Notes: generated from the letters alone by a model not told the origin. A DNA stretch of 64,000 nucleotides from Acidobacteriota bacterium (GCA_963666055.2 CAXWPH010000015.1:1568001-1632000), one strand, 5' to 3'. Shown: positions 42,152 to 52,676, counted from the stretch's first letter. Numbers and translations are program-made.

Positions 42152-43003
42152 GTGATCGAGCTGATTCGCGCGTTGGCGGTGCTGGCGGAGCCGCCATCCG
42201 AGGCGACGCCGCAGTTGGCCGAGCTCCTCGACCTGCCGTCTGTCCCCGAGCCGTGGCAGTACACCGATCTGTTCCTCGGACAGATGTACCCCTACGCTTC
42301 GGTGTATCTCGGGCCCGAGGGCATGCTGGGCGGGGAGGCCCGTGATCGCGTCGCCGGGCTTTGGCGCGCCCTGGGCGAGGAGCCTCCGTCTGAGCCGGAC
42401 CATCTGAGCGTCCTGCTCGGCCTGTACGCTCGCTTGATGGAGCTGGAGTCGGCAGCGACAGAGCGTCAGGCGCTGGCCTGGCAGCGCGCTCGCGCGGCAC
42501 TCCTCTGGGAGCATCTCCTGAGCTGGCAGGGAGCCTGGCTCCGCAAGCTGGAGCTGGTCGCTCCGCCCGCCTATGGTGCGTGGGGACGCGTCTTGGCTCG
42601 CACACTCCAGCACGAGGCGTCGGGGCTGACGCTGCCCGACGAGCTCCCGGTTCACCTGGTGCAGGCTCCACTACTTCCCGAGCCGCAGCAAGAAGGCGGC
42701 GAGGCGTTTCTCGAGGGCCTGCTGACGCCGGTGCGGTGCGGCTTCATCCTGACGCGCACCGACCTGGAGAACGCCGCCGCCGAGCTGCAGCTCGGGCTGC
42801 GCGCCGGCGAGCGTCGCTACGCACTGCGCGCCCTGATCGGACAGGATCGCGCCGCCACCCTGGGCTGGCTTGCCGAGTACGCGCGCCAGACGGCCGGGCA
42901 GAGCCCCGACAACCCTACCGCTACCAGCCCGATCGACGCGTTTTGGCGACAGAGAGCGCTCGCGTCGGCGACGCGCCTGGGGCAGGCGGCAACCTCAGCG
43001 TGA
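42152..43003 (+). CDS. TorD/DmsD family maturation chaperone
   Basis: YTDLF, PYASVY, EPDHL, EHLLSW. Confidence 0.85.
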   Translation: MIELIRALAVLAEPPSEATPQLAELLDLPSVPEPWQYTDLFLGQMYPYASVYLGPEGMLGGEARDRVAGLWRALGEEPPSEPDHLSVLLGLYARLMELESAATERQALAWQRARAALLWEHLLSWQGAWLRKLELVAPPAYGAWGRVLARTLQHEASGLTLPDELPVHLVQAPLLPEPQQEGGEAFLEGLLTPVRCGFILTRTDLENAAAELQLGLRAGERRYALRALIGQDRAATLGWLAEYARQTAGQSPDNPTATSPIDAFWRQRALASATRLGQAATSA

Positions 43004-43068
43004 TCGCGCTGTGCGCCGCTTCTGCGGGTGCCGGACGGCAGTTCCGGCGGGCTGCTGTAACCCCTCGA

Positions 43069-44718
43069 CTAATCGATCCCGTGGAGCCGCTGCCAGGCCC
43101 CCTCGAATTCGTTGCCAGGTCGCCAGCGTGGCATCTCGTCGCCGTTGGCGACAACGCCTGCGGCACGGAAGACGATGCGCAGATCGCGCTCCAGGCCGGC
43201 CAGGTTCCACTCGTCGCGTACCTCGTCGGACACCTGGTGGTAGTGCGCCTCCTCGTAGGCAAGCGGATCGAACGGTAGCGGCTCGATGTAGTCGGACCCG
43301 GGATTGAGGAACAGCGCCGGAATGCCCGCCTTGGCGAAGTTGACCTGGTCGGATCGGTAAAAGCTGCCGGCAGACGGGTTCGGATCGCCGCGCACCACCA
43401 CCGTCTGCCCGTCGCCTACCGAAAACTCCGCCGCCGCGGCGCGTAGTGCATCACCTAGCTCGCTGGCGTCCTCGCCGATGACCGCGATGTCGGCGGTTAC
43501 ACCGAAGATCTGCGGCATGTCGATGTTGAAGTTGGCCACCATCGAGCTGCGTGGCACGGGTGGCTGGGCGACGAACCAGGCGCTGCCGAGCAGCCCGCTC
43601 TCCTCGGCCGCGCAGGCGAGGAATAGCAGCGACCTGCGTGGCGCTTCGTCCATGTTGGCGAACGCGTCGGCCAGCGCGACGATCGAGGCTACGCCCAGGG
43701 CGTTGTCCCAGGCGCCGTTGAACACCTTGTCGCCATCGAGCTCCGGGTTGGTACCCAGGTGATCGTAGTGGGCGGTGAACACGACGATTTGGTCGCGCAA
43801 GTCGGGATCGCTGCCGGGCAAGAAGCCGAAGACGTTCTCGGTGCTCAGGCGGCGCACGGTGGTGTCGAGATGGGCGCTCACCCGATAGCCCGTATCGACG
43901 GGTTCGAAGTCGCGCTGTTGCGCCAACTCGAAGAGCCCGGCCAGGTCGGTGTCGATCGCCTGAGCGATCTCGTCCGAGAGTTGCTCGTCGAGCCAGCCCA
44001 ATAAATCGACCTGATAGCCGGCGCCCGACAAATCGAGCGCGAAGTTTTCGCTCGACCCCGAGTACTGAACGACGCTGAACGGGTATGAAGCCGACGGCGT
44101 GGTATGCACCATCAGTGCGCCGGCGGCGCCAAGGCGCATGGCCTGTTCGAACTTGTACGACCAGCGGCCGTAGTAGGTGCGGGCCTCGCCGCCGAAAAGC
44201 TTCTCGCCGTTCTCAACTACCGGCGGGTCATTGTTGAGAAAGAGCAGCACTTTGCCGCTTACGTCGACACCCTTGAAATCGTCCCACCCGTATTCGGGCG
44301 CCTGTACTCCGTACCCTACGAACAGCAGTGGCGCCTCGTCGATGTCGACCGTGTCGCGTTGTGCCGACGACCAGAACGCGACGTTGCCGGTGTCGACAAG
44401 CTCCAGCTCGTTGCTCGCTGATGCGATGCGCAGTGAGGCCGTAGCGTCATCGCGCCGCATGCCAACCAGCCGTACTTCCTGGCGAAAAAGGCCTTCGATG
44501 GGCGACAACCCGACGTCCCGGAAACGCTGCTCGATCCAGCTCGTGGCCCGCGCTTCGCCCGGGGTTCCGGTGCCGCGCCCCTGCATGTCATCGGCCGAAA
44601 GTGCCCGGACGTCGTCGAGTACCACCGCAGCGCTGATTCGTTGATCGGGTGTTGTTGCAACGGTCGGAGTGCAGGCGATGGTGATTGCTAGAAACGAGAC
44701 GCCGATGGTTGCTCGCAT
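43069..44718 (-). CDS. M28 family peptidase with PA domain, lipoprotein
   Basis: MQGRGTG, FVGYGV.APEY.WDD, AHYDHLG, NGAWDNALG, AEESGLLGS, RSDQ, YHQ. Confidence 0.9.
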   Translation of the reverse strand: MRATIGVSFLAITIACTPTVATTPDQRISAAVVLDDVRALSADDMQGRGTGTPGEARATSWIEQRFRDVGLSPIEGLFRQEVRLVGMRRDDATASLRIASASNELELVDTGNVAFWSSAQRDTVDIDEAPLLFVGYGVQAPEYGWDDFKGVDVSGKVLLFLNNDPPVVENGEKLFGGEARTYYGRWSYKFEQAMRLGAAGALMVHTTPSASYPFSVVQYSGSSENFALDLSGAGYQVDLLGWLDEQLSDEIAQAIDTDLAGLFELAQQRDFEPVDTGYRVSAHLDTTVRRLSTENVFGFLPGSDPDLRDQIVVFTAHYDHLGTNPELDGDKVFNGAWDNALGVASIVALADAFANMDEAPRRSLLFLACAAEESGLLGSAWFVAQPPVPRSSMVANFNIDMPQIFGVTADIAVIGEDASELGDALRAAAAEFSVGDGQTVVVRGDPNPSAGSFYRSDQVNFAKAGIPALFLNPGSDYIEPLPFDPLAYEEAHYHQVSDEVRDEWNLAGLERDLRIVFRAAGVVANGDEMPRWRPGNEFEGAWQRLHGID

Positions 44719-44987
44719 GGCACCTGGGATGGGGGTGTCCGGGAAGTGAACGAAGCAGCCACTATACCCGTGTCGACGGTTGCCGTTGCAGTGAGCCGCG
44801 TCGCTGCCGGTTCCCCAGTTCGTCTGATTGGTTCCCTTGTCAGAGACGTCGGAGTGCGTATAGCGTCGGCTGCACCGCGCCACTTCGAGATCGATCTCAG
44901 CTGAGTTTGCGCCGTGCCGCTTGCCTGCGACTCGGGTCACCGCTTGGCAGGGCCATGCAACTCGGAACCTGGCCCGAGTCCCGGGTG

Positions 44988-47900
44988 CTAGGCGTCGGTT
45001 TCCAGCCGCTCGCGACACAGTTGGATATGCACGCGCTGCTCTGCTGTGCTCGGTATTCCACTTGCTCCTTCCCGCCAGGCGGCGCGTGCCGCCGCGTCTC
45101 GCCCCAGAGTCTGCAATGCCACACCGCGCCAATAGCGGCCACGTGCCTCGATCGGACGATGCGGCCGGCCGACGTTGAGATTGCGTGGGTAGGTGAGCGC
45201 CGCATCGAAATCCGCCAGGGCCGTTTCCGGGCTGCTGGCCTCGAGGCGTTGAATACCGCGCTCGATGTGCGCTTGATAGAAGATCTCGCGCGAGCCTGCA
45301 TCGCCTTCTCGCTGGGTGAATCGAGTGCCGGACAGCAGCGCGATGGCATCGTCGAAGCGCTCGACGTCGATGTACGCGCGAGCGAGCGTGAGAGTAACGT
45401 CCGCTCGGCGATTCGCTGCAGGCACGGATTCGAGGGCCGCCGCCGCCGCCGCCGGCTCGCCCTGTTCGATGCGCACGCGAGCCAGGTCGCGATACAACGT
45501 CTGGTCCTGCGGGCGGATCGAAACGGCCTCGGCGAGCAAGGCGGCGGCGCCCGCCAGGTCGCCATCGATGCGCCAGCGATAAAACGCCAGGCTGCGGCGC
45601 GCCGTGCTCAGATCGGGCGCCGACTCGACGACCGCGCGCCATTCACGCGCCGCGTCGTCGAGCCGTCCGAGGCCGGCGAGCAGATTGCCCAGGTACAGCC
45701 GCGCTCGTGCGTCGCCCGGGGCTCGGGCCAGCGCGTTGCCGAAGACCGAGAGCGCTTCGGTCCGCGACGGGAAGACGTATTCGGCACGGGCGGCGGCGGC
45801 ATCGCGCAGCCAACGTGCCGCTTGCGCATCATCGCCGACTTGGTCGAGGTAGTAGGACAGATAGTAAAGCGGCAGGGGCCGCCGCTCCGCAGGCGCGATC
45901 GTCGCCACCAGCGTCGCTTCCACGATGTTGGCTGCATCACGGTATAGACCGAGGTCCGCTAGGGCGACGCTGAGCTCGAGGAAAGCGAACTCCGGCTCGC
46001 CGACCCACTCCCGCGCCCGGTGCGCGAAGTCACGCAGGTGCTGATCGGAGCCCAGTGCCTGAATCACATGCGGGACGAGCCGTGTGCTGCCGGCGTCGAT
46101 GTTCCGTTGCGCCAGCGTCAGGGCACTCCGAAAGTCACCCGAGGCGTAGGTCGTTAGCAGGATCTGCTCGAAGAGTCGAGTCCAGTCCGCGCCGCCGGCG
46201 GATAACCCGGCGGTGAACGCTTGTGTCGCTCCGGCGTAGTCGCCCAGCCGGGCCCGTGCGCGGCCTGCGAGGCTGTATCCCAAAGCCGTCGTTCCCGTAC
46301 GCCGGACAGCCGTGTAGCCAGCAGCGAGGGCCTCGTCGATGTCGCCTTGACGGAGCCGCGCAACGCCCAGCTGGTACCAGGTCAGGCCATCGTCGGGGTC
46401 ACGCTCAATCGCCCTCGTCAACAGATCGACAGCGGTCTCGAAACGCCCCGCCTCGATCTCGAGGTCGCCAAGGGCCCGCAAGGTGAGCGAATGCCCCGCG
46501 TCCAGTCGCAGGGCATCGGCGTAGCGGGCACGAGCGCCCGGCCGATCGCCTCGCTTGTCGAGCTCGCGCCCAGCGCGATACGCGGCTTCCGCGGTAGGCT
46601 CCGGCTTGTCGCGCTCGGCAGGAATCTCGCGCCGCGGCACCCGCAGCGGCGACGAGTATTCCAGCAGAGTCTCCCCGTCGGCGTTGTCGATCTGGATTTG
46701 CAGACGGACCTCGCCCAGGCTGGCGCTGGCAAGGCCAGTTTGGACGACGAACGACTCCGTCCGGGCTGGCGACAGATCGAGCTGGCGACGCTCGAGGCGT
46801 CTGCCGCGCAGCTCTACTACGATCTGCGCACCCGGGATCGAGCGCGTAGAAGCGATACGCAGCTCGACACCCTCGGGATGGTCAAGGCGCTCGATAGCCA
46901 GATCACGCGTGGCGAACTCGAATCCCTGACCCAGACCATTGACCGGATACCAGGTCTCGCGCCATGACACTTCTTGCCCGGGCGCCAGCTGCCCAAAGTC
47001 AGCCTGGGTGGGCAAGGGTCCGCTCTGCACTTCGATATATGGTCCGTCCTCATCGGTAAGCACCGACTGCGCCACCAGGCCAGCGTCGGCCTGTCCCCAG
47101 GTCCATGCTTTCTTGCCCGGTAGCTCGTGGTGGTTGGCTACCTGGACGATGCCGAAGTCGCGGTCGACGTCGTAGGCTCCGAAGAAGTCGAACGCGACCT
47201 CATAGCCGAACACCGAGGTGGGCTCCGGATAGTTCCGCAGCCAGCTGAGGTCGCGCCCCTCGTGCATCGGCCAGCTGAAGAACTCGGTGCCCGAGTGGTC
47301 GGTGCCGAGGCTCATCGGATACACGAAGCGCGTGCCTGGGGTGTTCGGAAACGCCGTGTTGTTCCAGAAGTAATAGGGATGGAAATTATCGGTGGGATTA
47401 AACAGCCGGATCTGCTCGTCGAGGGCGCGAGTCTCGGGATGCAGAGTCAGCCGCACCTCCCATCCGGTACGGAAGTTCTGCTCGGTACTGCCGATCAGCA
47501 ACGCCGCGGACCCATCCGGATACTGCACGGGTACCACGTCGACGGGCGAGAAGCTGGTGACGGTGTGACCTTGCGGGCCACGGTTCCACTCGATACCGCC
47601 CGAGACCCAAGCGCCGCGAAGCGCGATATGGCCTGGCCGAATCACGTGGTTGCGGTAGAACATCTCCTCGCCGGTGACTTTGTCGAGGACCGACTGGATG
47701 CGGCCGCCGATTTCCGGCAGGCACATGACCCGCAGGTATTCGTTTTCGATGAACACGGCGCGATAGGTGCGATTCACGCGATCGGTGCCGAATCGATCCT
47801 GGGCCGTGTAGGGATAGATGATCGTCCTCTCGAGCTCGTAGAAGTGGGGGTTCACGTCGTCGGGGCCGAGTGGGTATGTGGGAATCTCGACCTCTGCGGT

Positions 47901-48035
47901 CCACGTTCGAACAGCGGCCGGCCGGCCAGCGGCACGCCCCTGAACGGCCTGTTGCTGACTCATTGCCGGTGCCGCGCTCGACGCGATTGCCAGCAAAGCG
48001 AACCCGGCGGTCAACTTGCGAGCCGGCCTGATCAT
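44988..48035 (-). CDS. DUF5107 domain + TPR protein, exported
   Basis: IYPY, ENEYLRVMCLPEIGGRI, SGGIEWN, PGKKAWTWG, YIEVQSG, then many TPRs; signal peptide. Confidence 0.82.
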   Translation of the reverse strand: MIRPARKLTAGFALLAIASSAAPAMSQQQAVQGRAAGRPAAVRTWTAEVEIPTYPLGPDDVNPHFYELERTIIYPYTAQDRFGTDRVNRTYRAVFIENEYLRVMCLPEIGGRIQSVLDKVTGEEMFYRNHVIRPGHIALRGAWVSGGIEWNRGPQGHTVTSFSPVDVVPVQYPDGSAALLIGSTEQNFRTGWEVRLTLHPETRALDEQIRLFNPTDNFHPYYFWNNTAFPNTPGTRFVYPMSLGTDHSGTEFFSWPMHEGRDLSWLRNYPEPTSVFGYEVAFDFFGAYDVDRDFGIVQVANHHELPGKKAWTWGQADAGLVAQSVLTDEDGPYIEVQSGPLPTQADFGQLAPGQEVSWRETWYPVNGLGQGFEFATRDLAIERLDHPEGVELRIASTRSIPGAQIVVELRGRRLERRQLDLSPARTESFVVQTGLASASLGEVRLQIQIDNADGETLLEYSSPLRVPRREIPAERDKPEPTAEAAYRAGRELDKRGDRPGARARYADALRLDAGHSLTLRALGDLEIEAGRFETAVDLLTRAIERDPDDGLTWYQLGVARLRQGDIDEALAAGYTAVRRTGTTALGYSLAGRARARLGDYAGATQAFTAGLSAGGADWTRLFEQILLTTYASGDFRSALTLAQRNIDAGSTRLVPHVIQALGSDQHLRDFAHRAREWVGEPEFAFLELSVALADLGLYRDAANIVEATLVATIAPAERRPLPLYYLSYYLDQVGDDAQAARWLRDAAAARAEYVFPSRTEALSVFGNALARAPGDARARLYLGNLLAGLGRLDDAAREWRAVVESAPDLSTARRSLAFYRWRIDGDLAGAAALLAEAVSIRPQDQTLYRDLARVRIEQGEPAAAAAALESVPAANRRADVTLTLARAYIDVERFDDAIALLSGTRFTQREGDAGSREIFYQAHIERGIQRLEASSPETALADFDAALTYPRNLNVGRPHRPIEARGRYWRGVALQTLGRDAAARAAWREGASGIPSTAEQRVHIQLCRERLETDA

Positions 48036-48772
48036 TTGAACACCATTGAGCGAAACACCTCCGGAACGTGAAAGCTCTCGGCGGGGACGGGTGACCACGC
48101 CGCCAGCAGCAGATCGCGGTGTGGGTCGCCGGGCCCGTGAGGTCGCTTGATCCGGAAGACGTTGAACCGCCAGCTGTCACCGGCGAGCGGCGGCAGCCGC
48201 ATGTCGGTGTCGGGAAGGGCCGCGAAGCCCGCCCACGGGAGCAGCGCGATCGCCGTCCAGCCGCTCCTGTCGCTGTCCCATGGTTGCACCGCGGTTCGCA
48301 GGCCTCGGAAGTCCCAATCCAGATCGCTCTGCTTGTCGGGATCGCCCCGCAACATGAGCAAGTCGCAGACGACGTTGGCCGGGCTGATCTCCACCTCGGC
48401 GTAGTTGCGACCGTCCCCGTCCGGGTCGATGAAGATCTCCACCACCTCCTCCTCCCACAGAGGGTCGTCGCGCCGTGTGTAGGTGTGCCACGGGGATGGG
48501 TCGTCGGCATCGAACCGTATCCAGAGCCCGTCGGCACTCCATAGGGCACGGAAGCTCGTGCTGTGGCGTGGCTCGCCCCAGACGATGGTCGCCGCCGGTG
48601 ACCAGGCAGCTTCGACACCGTCGAGAAGTTGCTGTGGCGTACTCGCAGCTGCTACGACGTGCAGCCCGGTAGGATGTTGGTTCAGCGCACTGGTCAGACC
48701 GAGTGCACCGGAAAGCCTCAGACCTCCGGTGGCTAGCAGAACGAGCTGGCTGGCAGGGAGGGTCATGGGCAT
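48032..48772 (-). CDS. Carbohydrate-binding family 9-like (DOMON-like) protein
   Basis: RDDPLWEEEVVEIFIDP, YAEVEISP, WRFNVFR, AWSP..SFH.P; start uncertain (48772 or 48766). Confidence 0.8.
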   Translation of the reverse strand: MPMTLPASQLVLLATGGLRLSGALGLTSALNQHPTGLHVVAAASTPQQLLDGVEAAWSPAATIVWGEPRHSTSFRALWSADGLWIRFDADDPSPWHTYTRRDDPLWEEEVVEIFIDPDGDGRNYAEVEISPANVVCDLLMLRGDPDKQSDLDWDFRGLRTAVQPWDSDRSGWTAIALLPWAGFAALPDTDMRLPPLAGDSWRFNVFRIKRPHGPGDPHRDLLLAAWSPVPAESFHVPEVFRSMVFK

Positions 48773-48889
48773 GCGGGCAGTCCGTCGCCGCCGTTGGGCA
48801 ACGGTAGGATAACGTGCTCCTGCCGCTCGATGGGGTGCTCGTGCGCCTCGAATGAAGATGCCGGTCGCGGCAAGACCGTGAGGTTCGAC

Positions 48890-50428
48890 ATGCGCTGGCG
48901 TTGCTCGATGTCCTGGGCGTTGTTGCTCACCTGTATGACGCTCTCCGCTGCCGCACAGACGAGCGGAAAGTTGGGGCCGGCGGTACAGGCCGCTCGTGCT
49001 TATCGAGCCGCGCACGAGATCGAGATCCTGACCGCCTACAGCGAGTTGTTGAAGCTCCCCAACTTCGGACGGGATCTCGAAGATAGCATCAGCGTGGCCA
49101 CGCATATCGCGGCCCAGCTCGAACGGCGGGGCGTGGCTGTGGAGTTGCTCACGCTGCCCGACGTGCCACCGCTCGTGTACGGCGAGATCCGTGTGCCTGG
49201 CGCCACCCGAACGCTCGGAATCTACGTTCACTACGACGGCCAGCCACCCGCCGGCCTGGACTGGGTACACGGCCCCTACGAGCCTGTTCTGTATACCGAC
49301 CGCATGGACCGGGGCGGAAAGCCGCGCCCCATGCCGGCCGCCGGCGAGCCGGTCGATCCGAGCTGGCGCATCTACGCGCGCTCCGCCTCCGACGACAAGG
49401 CGCCGATTTCGGCATTGCTCACCGCGCTGGACGCGTTGCATGCCGCCGACATGCCGTTGACCTCGAACGTCAAGTTCCTGTTCGAGGGTGAGGAGGAGAT
49501 CGGATCAGCGCACCTGCAGGAGTATCTCGAGACCTACCGTGATCGCTTCGACGTCGACCTGTGGCTATTTTGCGACGGTCCGGTACATCAGAGCGGCTTG
49601 CCGCAGATCGTCTTCGGTGTACGCGGCGTTACCGGGCTCGATCTGACCGTCTTCGGGCCGGCACGCCCGCTCCATAGCGGCCACTACGGCAACTGGGCGC
49701 CGGTGCCAGGTCAGATGCTGGCCGAGTTGATTGCCAGCATGAAGGACACCGACGGAAACGTCACCATCGACGGGTTCTACGACACCGTCGAGCCCCTGGG
49801 ACGCCAGGAGCGCGAGGCGCTCGATCGCCTCCCTGACATCGACGCCGAGCTGCGGCGCGATCTCGGGCTGGGGTGGACCGAAGGCGACGGCAGCCTGAGC
49901 GAGCGCCTGCTGCTTCCGTCGCTCACCGTGCGCGGCCTGCGTAGCGGTGACGTCGGCATGCAGGCGCGCAACGTGATCCCCGACCGGGCGGAAGCGGCGC
50001 TCGGCGTGCGGCTGGTGAAGGGAAACGACCCGGGCGCCATGCTTGATCGGGTCGAGGCGCACATCCGTGACCAGGGGTTCCACATCGTCCGCGAGGAGCC
50101 CGATCTCGCAACCAGGTCGCGGCATCGGCGGCTGGTCATGGTCGCCCGCCGGGGCGGGTATCCCGCGTCGCGCACCGACATGGGCTTAGCGGTGGTCGAG
50201 GAGATCATCGATGCGGTTCGCGCCGCCACCGAGCAGGAGGTGCTGCTGGTGCCGGCGCTCGGTGGCTCCCTGCCGCTCTATCTGTTCACTGACTTGCTGG
50301 CGGCGCCGGCAGTGATTCTTCCGATCGCCAACGCCGACAACAACCAGCACGCCTCCAACGAGAACATCCGCATCGGCAACCTCTGGTACGGCGTTGATTT
50401 GTACGCCTCCTTGCTGACCATGCGATGA
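48890..50428 (+). CDS. M20/M25/M40 family metallopeptidase, exported
   Basis: HYDGQP, ARSASDDK, EGEEE, HSGHYGN, NNQH..NEN. Confidence 0.88.
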   Translation: MRWRCSMSWALLLTCMTLSAAAQTSGKLGPAVQAARAYRAAHEIEILTAYSELLKLPNFGRDLEDSISVATHIAAQLERRGVAVELLTLPDVPPLVYGEIRVPGATRTLGIYVHYDGQPPAGLDWVHGPYEPVLYTDRMDRGGKPRPMPAAGEPVDPSWRIYARSASDDKAPISALLTALDALHAADMPLTSNVKFLFEGEEEIGSAHLQEYLETYRDRFDVDLWLFCDGPVHQSGLPQIVFGVRGVTGLDLTVFGPARPLHSGHYGNWAPVPGQMLAELIASMKDTDGNVTIDGFYDTVEPLGRQEREALDRLPDIDAELRRDLGLGWTEGDGSLSERLLLPSLTVRGLRSGDVGMQARNVIPDRAEAALGVRLVKGNDPGAMLDRVEAHIRDQGFHIVREEPDLATRSRHRRLVMVARRGGYPASRTDMGLAVVEEIIDAVRAATEQEVLLVPALGGSLPLYLFTDLLAAPAVILPIANADNNQHASNENIRIGNLWYGVDLYASLLTMR

Positions 50429-50537
50429 GGCGGTCGGGGGCCAGCATTGCGGGCAACTCCGTCGGAACCGACACGTAGGTGGGATGATCGACGATGTCGA
50501 CATGGATGGAATCGGGTCGCGCAACTCTCCCACTGCA

Positions 50538-51437
50538 TCAACCCCGGCGGATCTGCTCCCACTCTTCCACGGTTCGCGGCCAGTCTTTCTTGAGCAGCTG
50601 CGACAACACCCTGTCGGCGTACACCTGGCCGTCGGTCTGGCAGGTGGCGCAGTAGTTGGTCTCGCGGCTGCTGTAGATGATGCGCTGCACCGGATCGCCG
50701 CAGCGCGGACAAGGCTCACGGTAGCGTCCGTGGACCGCCATCTCGGGACGAAAGGCGGTTACCTTCCGTGGGAACCCATCGCCGGCCTGACTTCGGAGCC
50801 GTTCGGTCCAGTCGGTCAGAACGGTGATCGTGCTGGTGTGTAGGTCCTCCACTTCCCGGTCGGAAAGCCGCGAGGTCCAGCTCAGCGGCGACAGGCGTGC
50901 GTGGTGGAGGATCTCGTCGGAGTAAGCATTTCCGATTCCAGAGAACAGTCGCGGCGAGGTCAGTGCCCGCTTCAGGGTGTGGTTCTCGGACCCCAGCCGG
51001 GTTGCGAAATCGCCGAGGCTGCATTCCAGAATCTCGAGACCCCCGGGATCGTGCTCGGCAAGCGCCTCGCGTCCGCGCACGACGTGCAGCGATGCACGCT
51101 TCTTGGCACTCGCCTCGGTCAGCACCAGCGTGCCGCTGGAGAAATCGAAGGCCGCCAGCCCGACCTTGGCGGGTACGCGGGCGCCGGCGTCGTGCCAGCG
51201 GAAGCGGCCGGCAACCATCAAATGGACCACCGGAAACAGATCGTCCCGTAGCGCGATAACGATTCGCTTGCCGATGCGCTCGACGCCGACCACGACCTTG
51301 CCGTAGGTTTCCATGACCGGAGGGTCGAAGGTGCGCAACAGGAATGGACTGGCGAGGCGCACACCAGCAAGCGTTTCGCCTGTGATCCTGCGCTCCAGGC
51401 ACTCCACATAAACGATCACATCGGGCAACTCGGGCAT
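50538..51437 (-). CDS. Fpg/Nei family DNA glycosylase
   Basis: MPELPDV, GKR, SGIGNAYSDEIL (H2TH), CPRC..CATC zinc finger. Confidence 0.9.
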   Translation of the reverse strand: MPELPDVIVYVECLERRITGETLAGVRLASPFLLRTFDPPVMETYGKVVVGVERIGKRIVIALRDDLFPVVHLMVAGRFRWHDAGARVPAKVGLAAFDFSSGTLVLTEASAKKRASLHVVRGREALAEHDPGGLEILECSLGDFATRLGSENHTLKRALTSPRLFSGIGNAYSDEILHHARLSPLSWTSRLSDREVEDLHTSTITVLTDWTERLRSQAGDGFPRKVTAFRPEMAVHGRYREPCPRCGDPVQRIIYSSRETNYCATCQTDGQVYADRVLSQLLKKDWPRTVEEWEQIRRG

Positions 51438-51521
51438 CGAGGGCAATGTTCGCATGCCGGCGACACAACCGGCTTGGTTGTTACCCGTCAACGCCGTGGA
51501 GAACAGGATGACCGGGCGGTC

Positions 51522-52676
51522 ATGAACGCTCCCTTGATAGCTGTCGTTCTGACCGGCGGCGGCGCGCGCGGCGCCTACCAGGCGGGAGTGCTTGCCGGCA
51601 TCGCCGATCGCGCCCGTTGTGAGGTTTACTTTCCGATCGTCACGGGAGTTTCGGCGGGAGGGATCAACGCCGCGGCGCTCGCGGCTAGCCGTGCCGGGTT
51701 CGATGCCGCCACGCTCGAACTGCGCGAGGCGTGGCTGCAGCTCACCACCGACAACGTATTCCGCTCCAATTTCCGTACCCTGGCCTGGAGCGCCTTGTGC
51801 TGGATGGGCAAGATCGGCAGCGGCGGGACACTGCCCGTCGACCTGCGGGGCCTGCTGGATACGGCGCCCTTGCGCAACTACCTGGCTGCGATAATCGATT
51901 TCGACGGTGTCGCAGACAATATCGCGGCGGGTCGCCTGCAGGCGTTGGCGCTGTCGATGACTGAATATTCCACTGGCCGCACGGTGACCGTCGTGCAGGC
52001 AACCGAGCAGGTGCGCGACTGGAAGCGCGCCAGACGCCTTTCGGAGCGCAGCCAAATCACCGTCGACCACGTCATGGCTTCGGCAGCCTTGCCGGTGGTC
52101 TTTCCGGCCATCCAGATCGGTGACGATTACTACGGTGATGGCAGCATCCGCCAGTCGGCGCCACTTTCGCCGGCTATTCACCTCGGTGCCGACCGCATCC
52201 TGGCGATCTCGGTGCGCTATTCTCCAGCGCCGCACGAGCGCATCCAACCGCAGACCGTCGGTTACCCACCGGCGGCCCAGATCCTCGGGATGATTCTGCA
52301 CGGCGTGTTCATCGATGCGCTGGAGGACGACGCCGAGCGTCTACAGCGCATCAATCGCACCTTGGAAGGGGTGCCACCGGGGACCGAGCTCCGGGATCAC
52401 CTCCGCCCGATCGAGATACTGCTGCTGCGGCCGTCGCGGGATCTGGGGAAACTGTCGGCCGGCCTGGTCAACGAGCTGCCGCGGCCGCTGCGACTGCTGG
52501 CGCGCGGCCTCGGTGCGTCGCGAACCACCACACCAGACTTCCTCAGCTACCTGTTGTTCGAGCGGCCCTATATCGAGCGGCTAATGGAGCTCGGCTTCGA
52601 GGACGCCCGAGCGCAGTGGGACAACATCGAGCCGCTGGTTGCTGGCGATCTCAGCGTCAGAGCTCCTCGACGATGA
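51522..52676 (+). CDS. Patatin-like phospholipase
   Basis: GGGARG, GVSAG, DGS. Confidence 0.9.
   Translation: MNAPLIAVVLTGGGARGAYQAGVLAGIADRARCEVYFPIVTGVSAGGINAAALAASRAGFDAATLELREAWLQLTTDNVFRSNFRTLAWSALCWMGKIGSGGTLPVDLRGLLDTAPLRNYLAAIIDFDGVADNIAAGRLQALALSMTEYSTGRTVTVVQATEQVRDWKRARRLSERSQITVDHVMASAALPVVFPAIQIGDDYYGDGSIRQSAPLSPAIHLGADRILAISVRYSPAPHERIQPQTVGYPPAAQILGMILHGVFIDALEDDAERLQRINRTLEGVPPGTELRDHLRPIEILLLRPSRDLGKLSAGLVNELPRPLRLLARGLGASRTTTPDFLSYLLFERPYIERLMELGFEDARAQWDNIEPLVAGDLSVRAPRR

Noticed and set aside
44719-44987. Structured leader between the DUF5107 and M28 genes, and the 857-aa extended M28 ORF
   Set aside because: Some stems but no recognised motif; the extension is non-protein-like read-through of a GC-rich frame
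50430-50535. Further degenerate copy of the structured repeat (tccgtc/gatgga stem)
   Set aside because: Conserved loop words too eroded to call without a covariance model
51522-52676. Patatin as a CBASS-type defence effector
   Set aside because: No cyclase or other defence genes nearby; context is housekeeping
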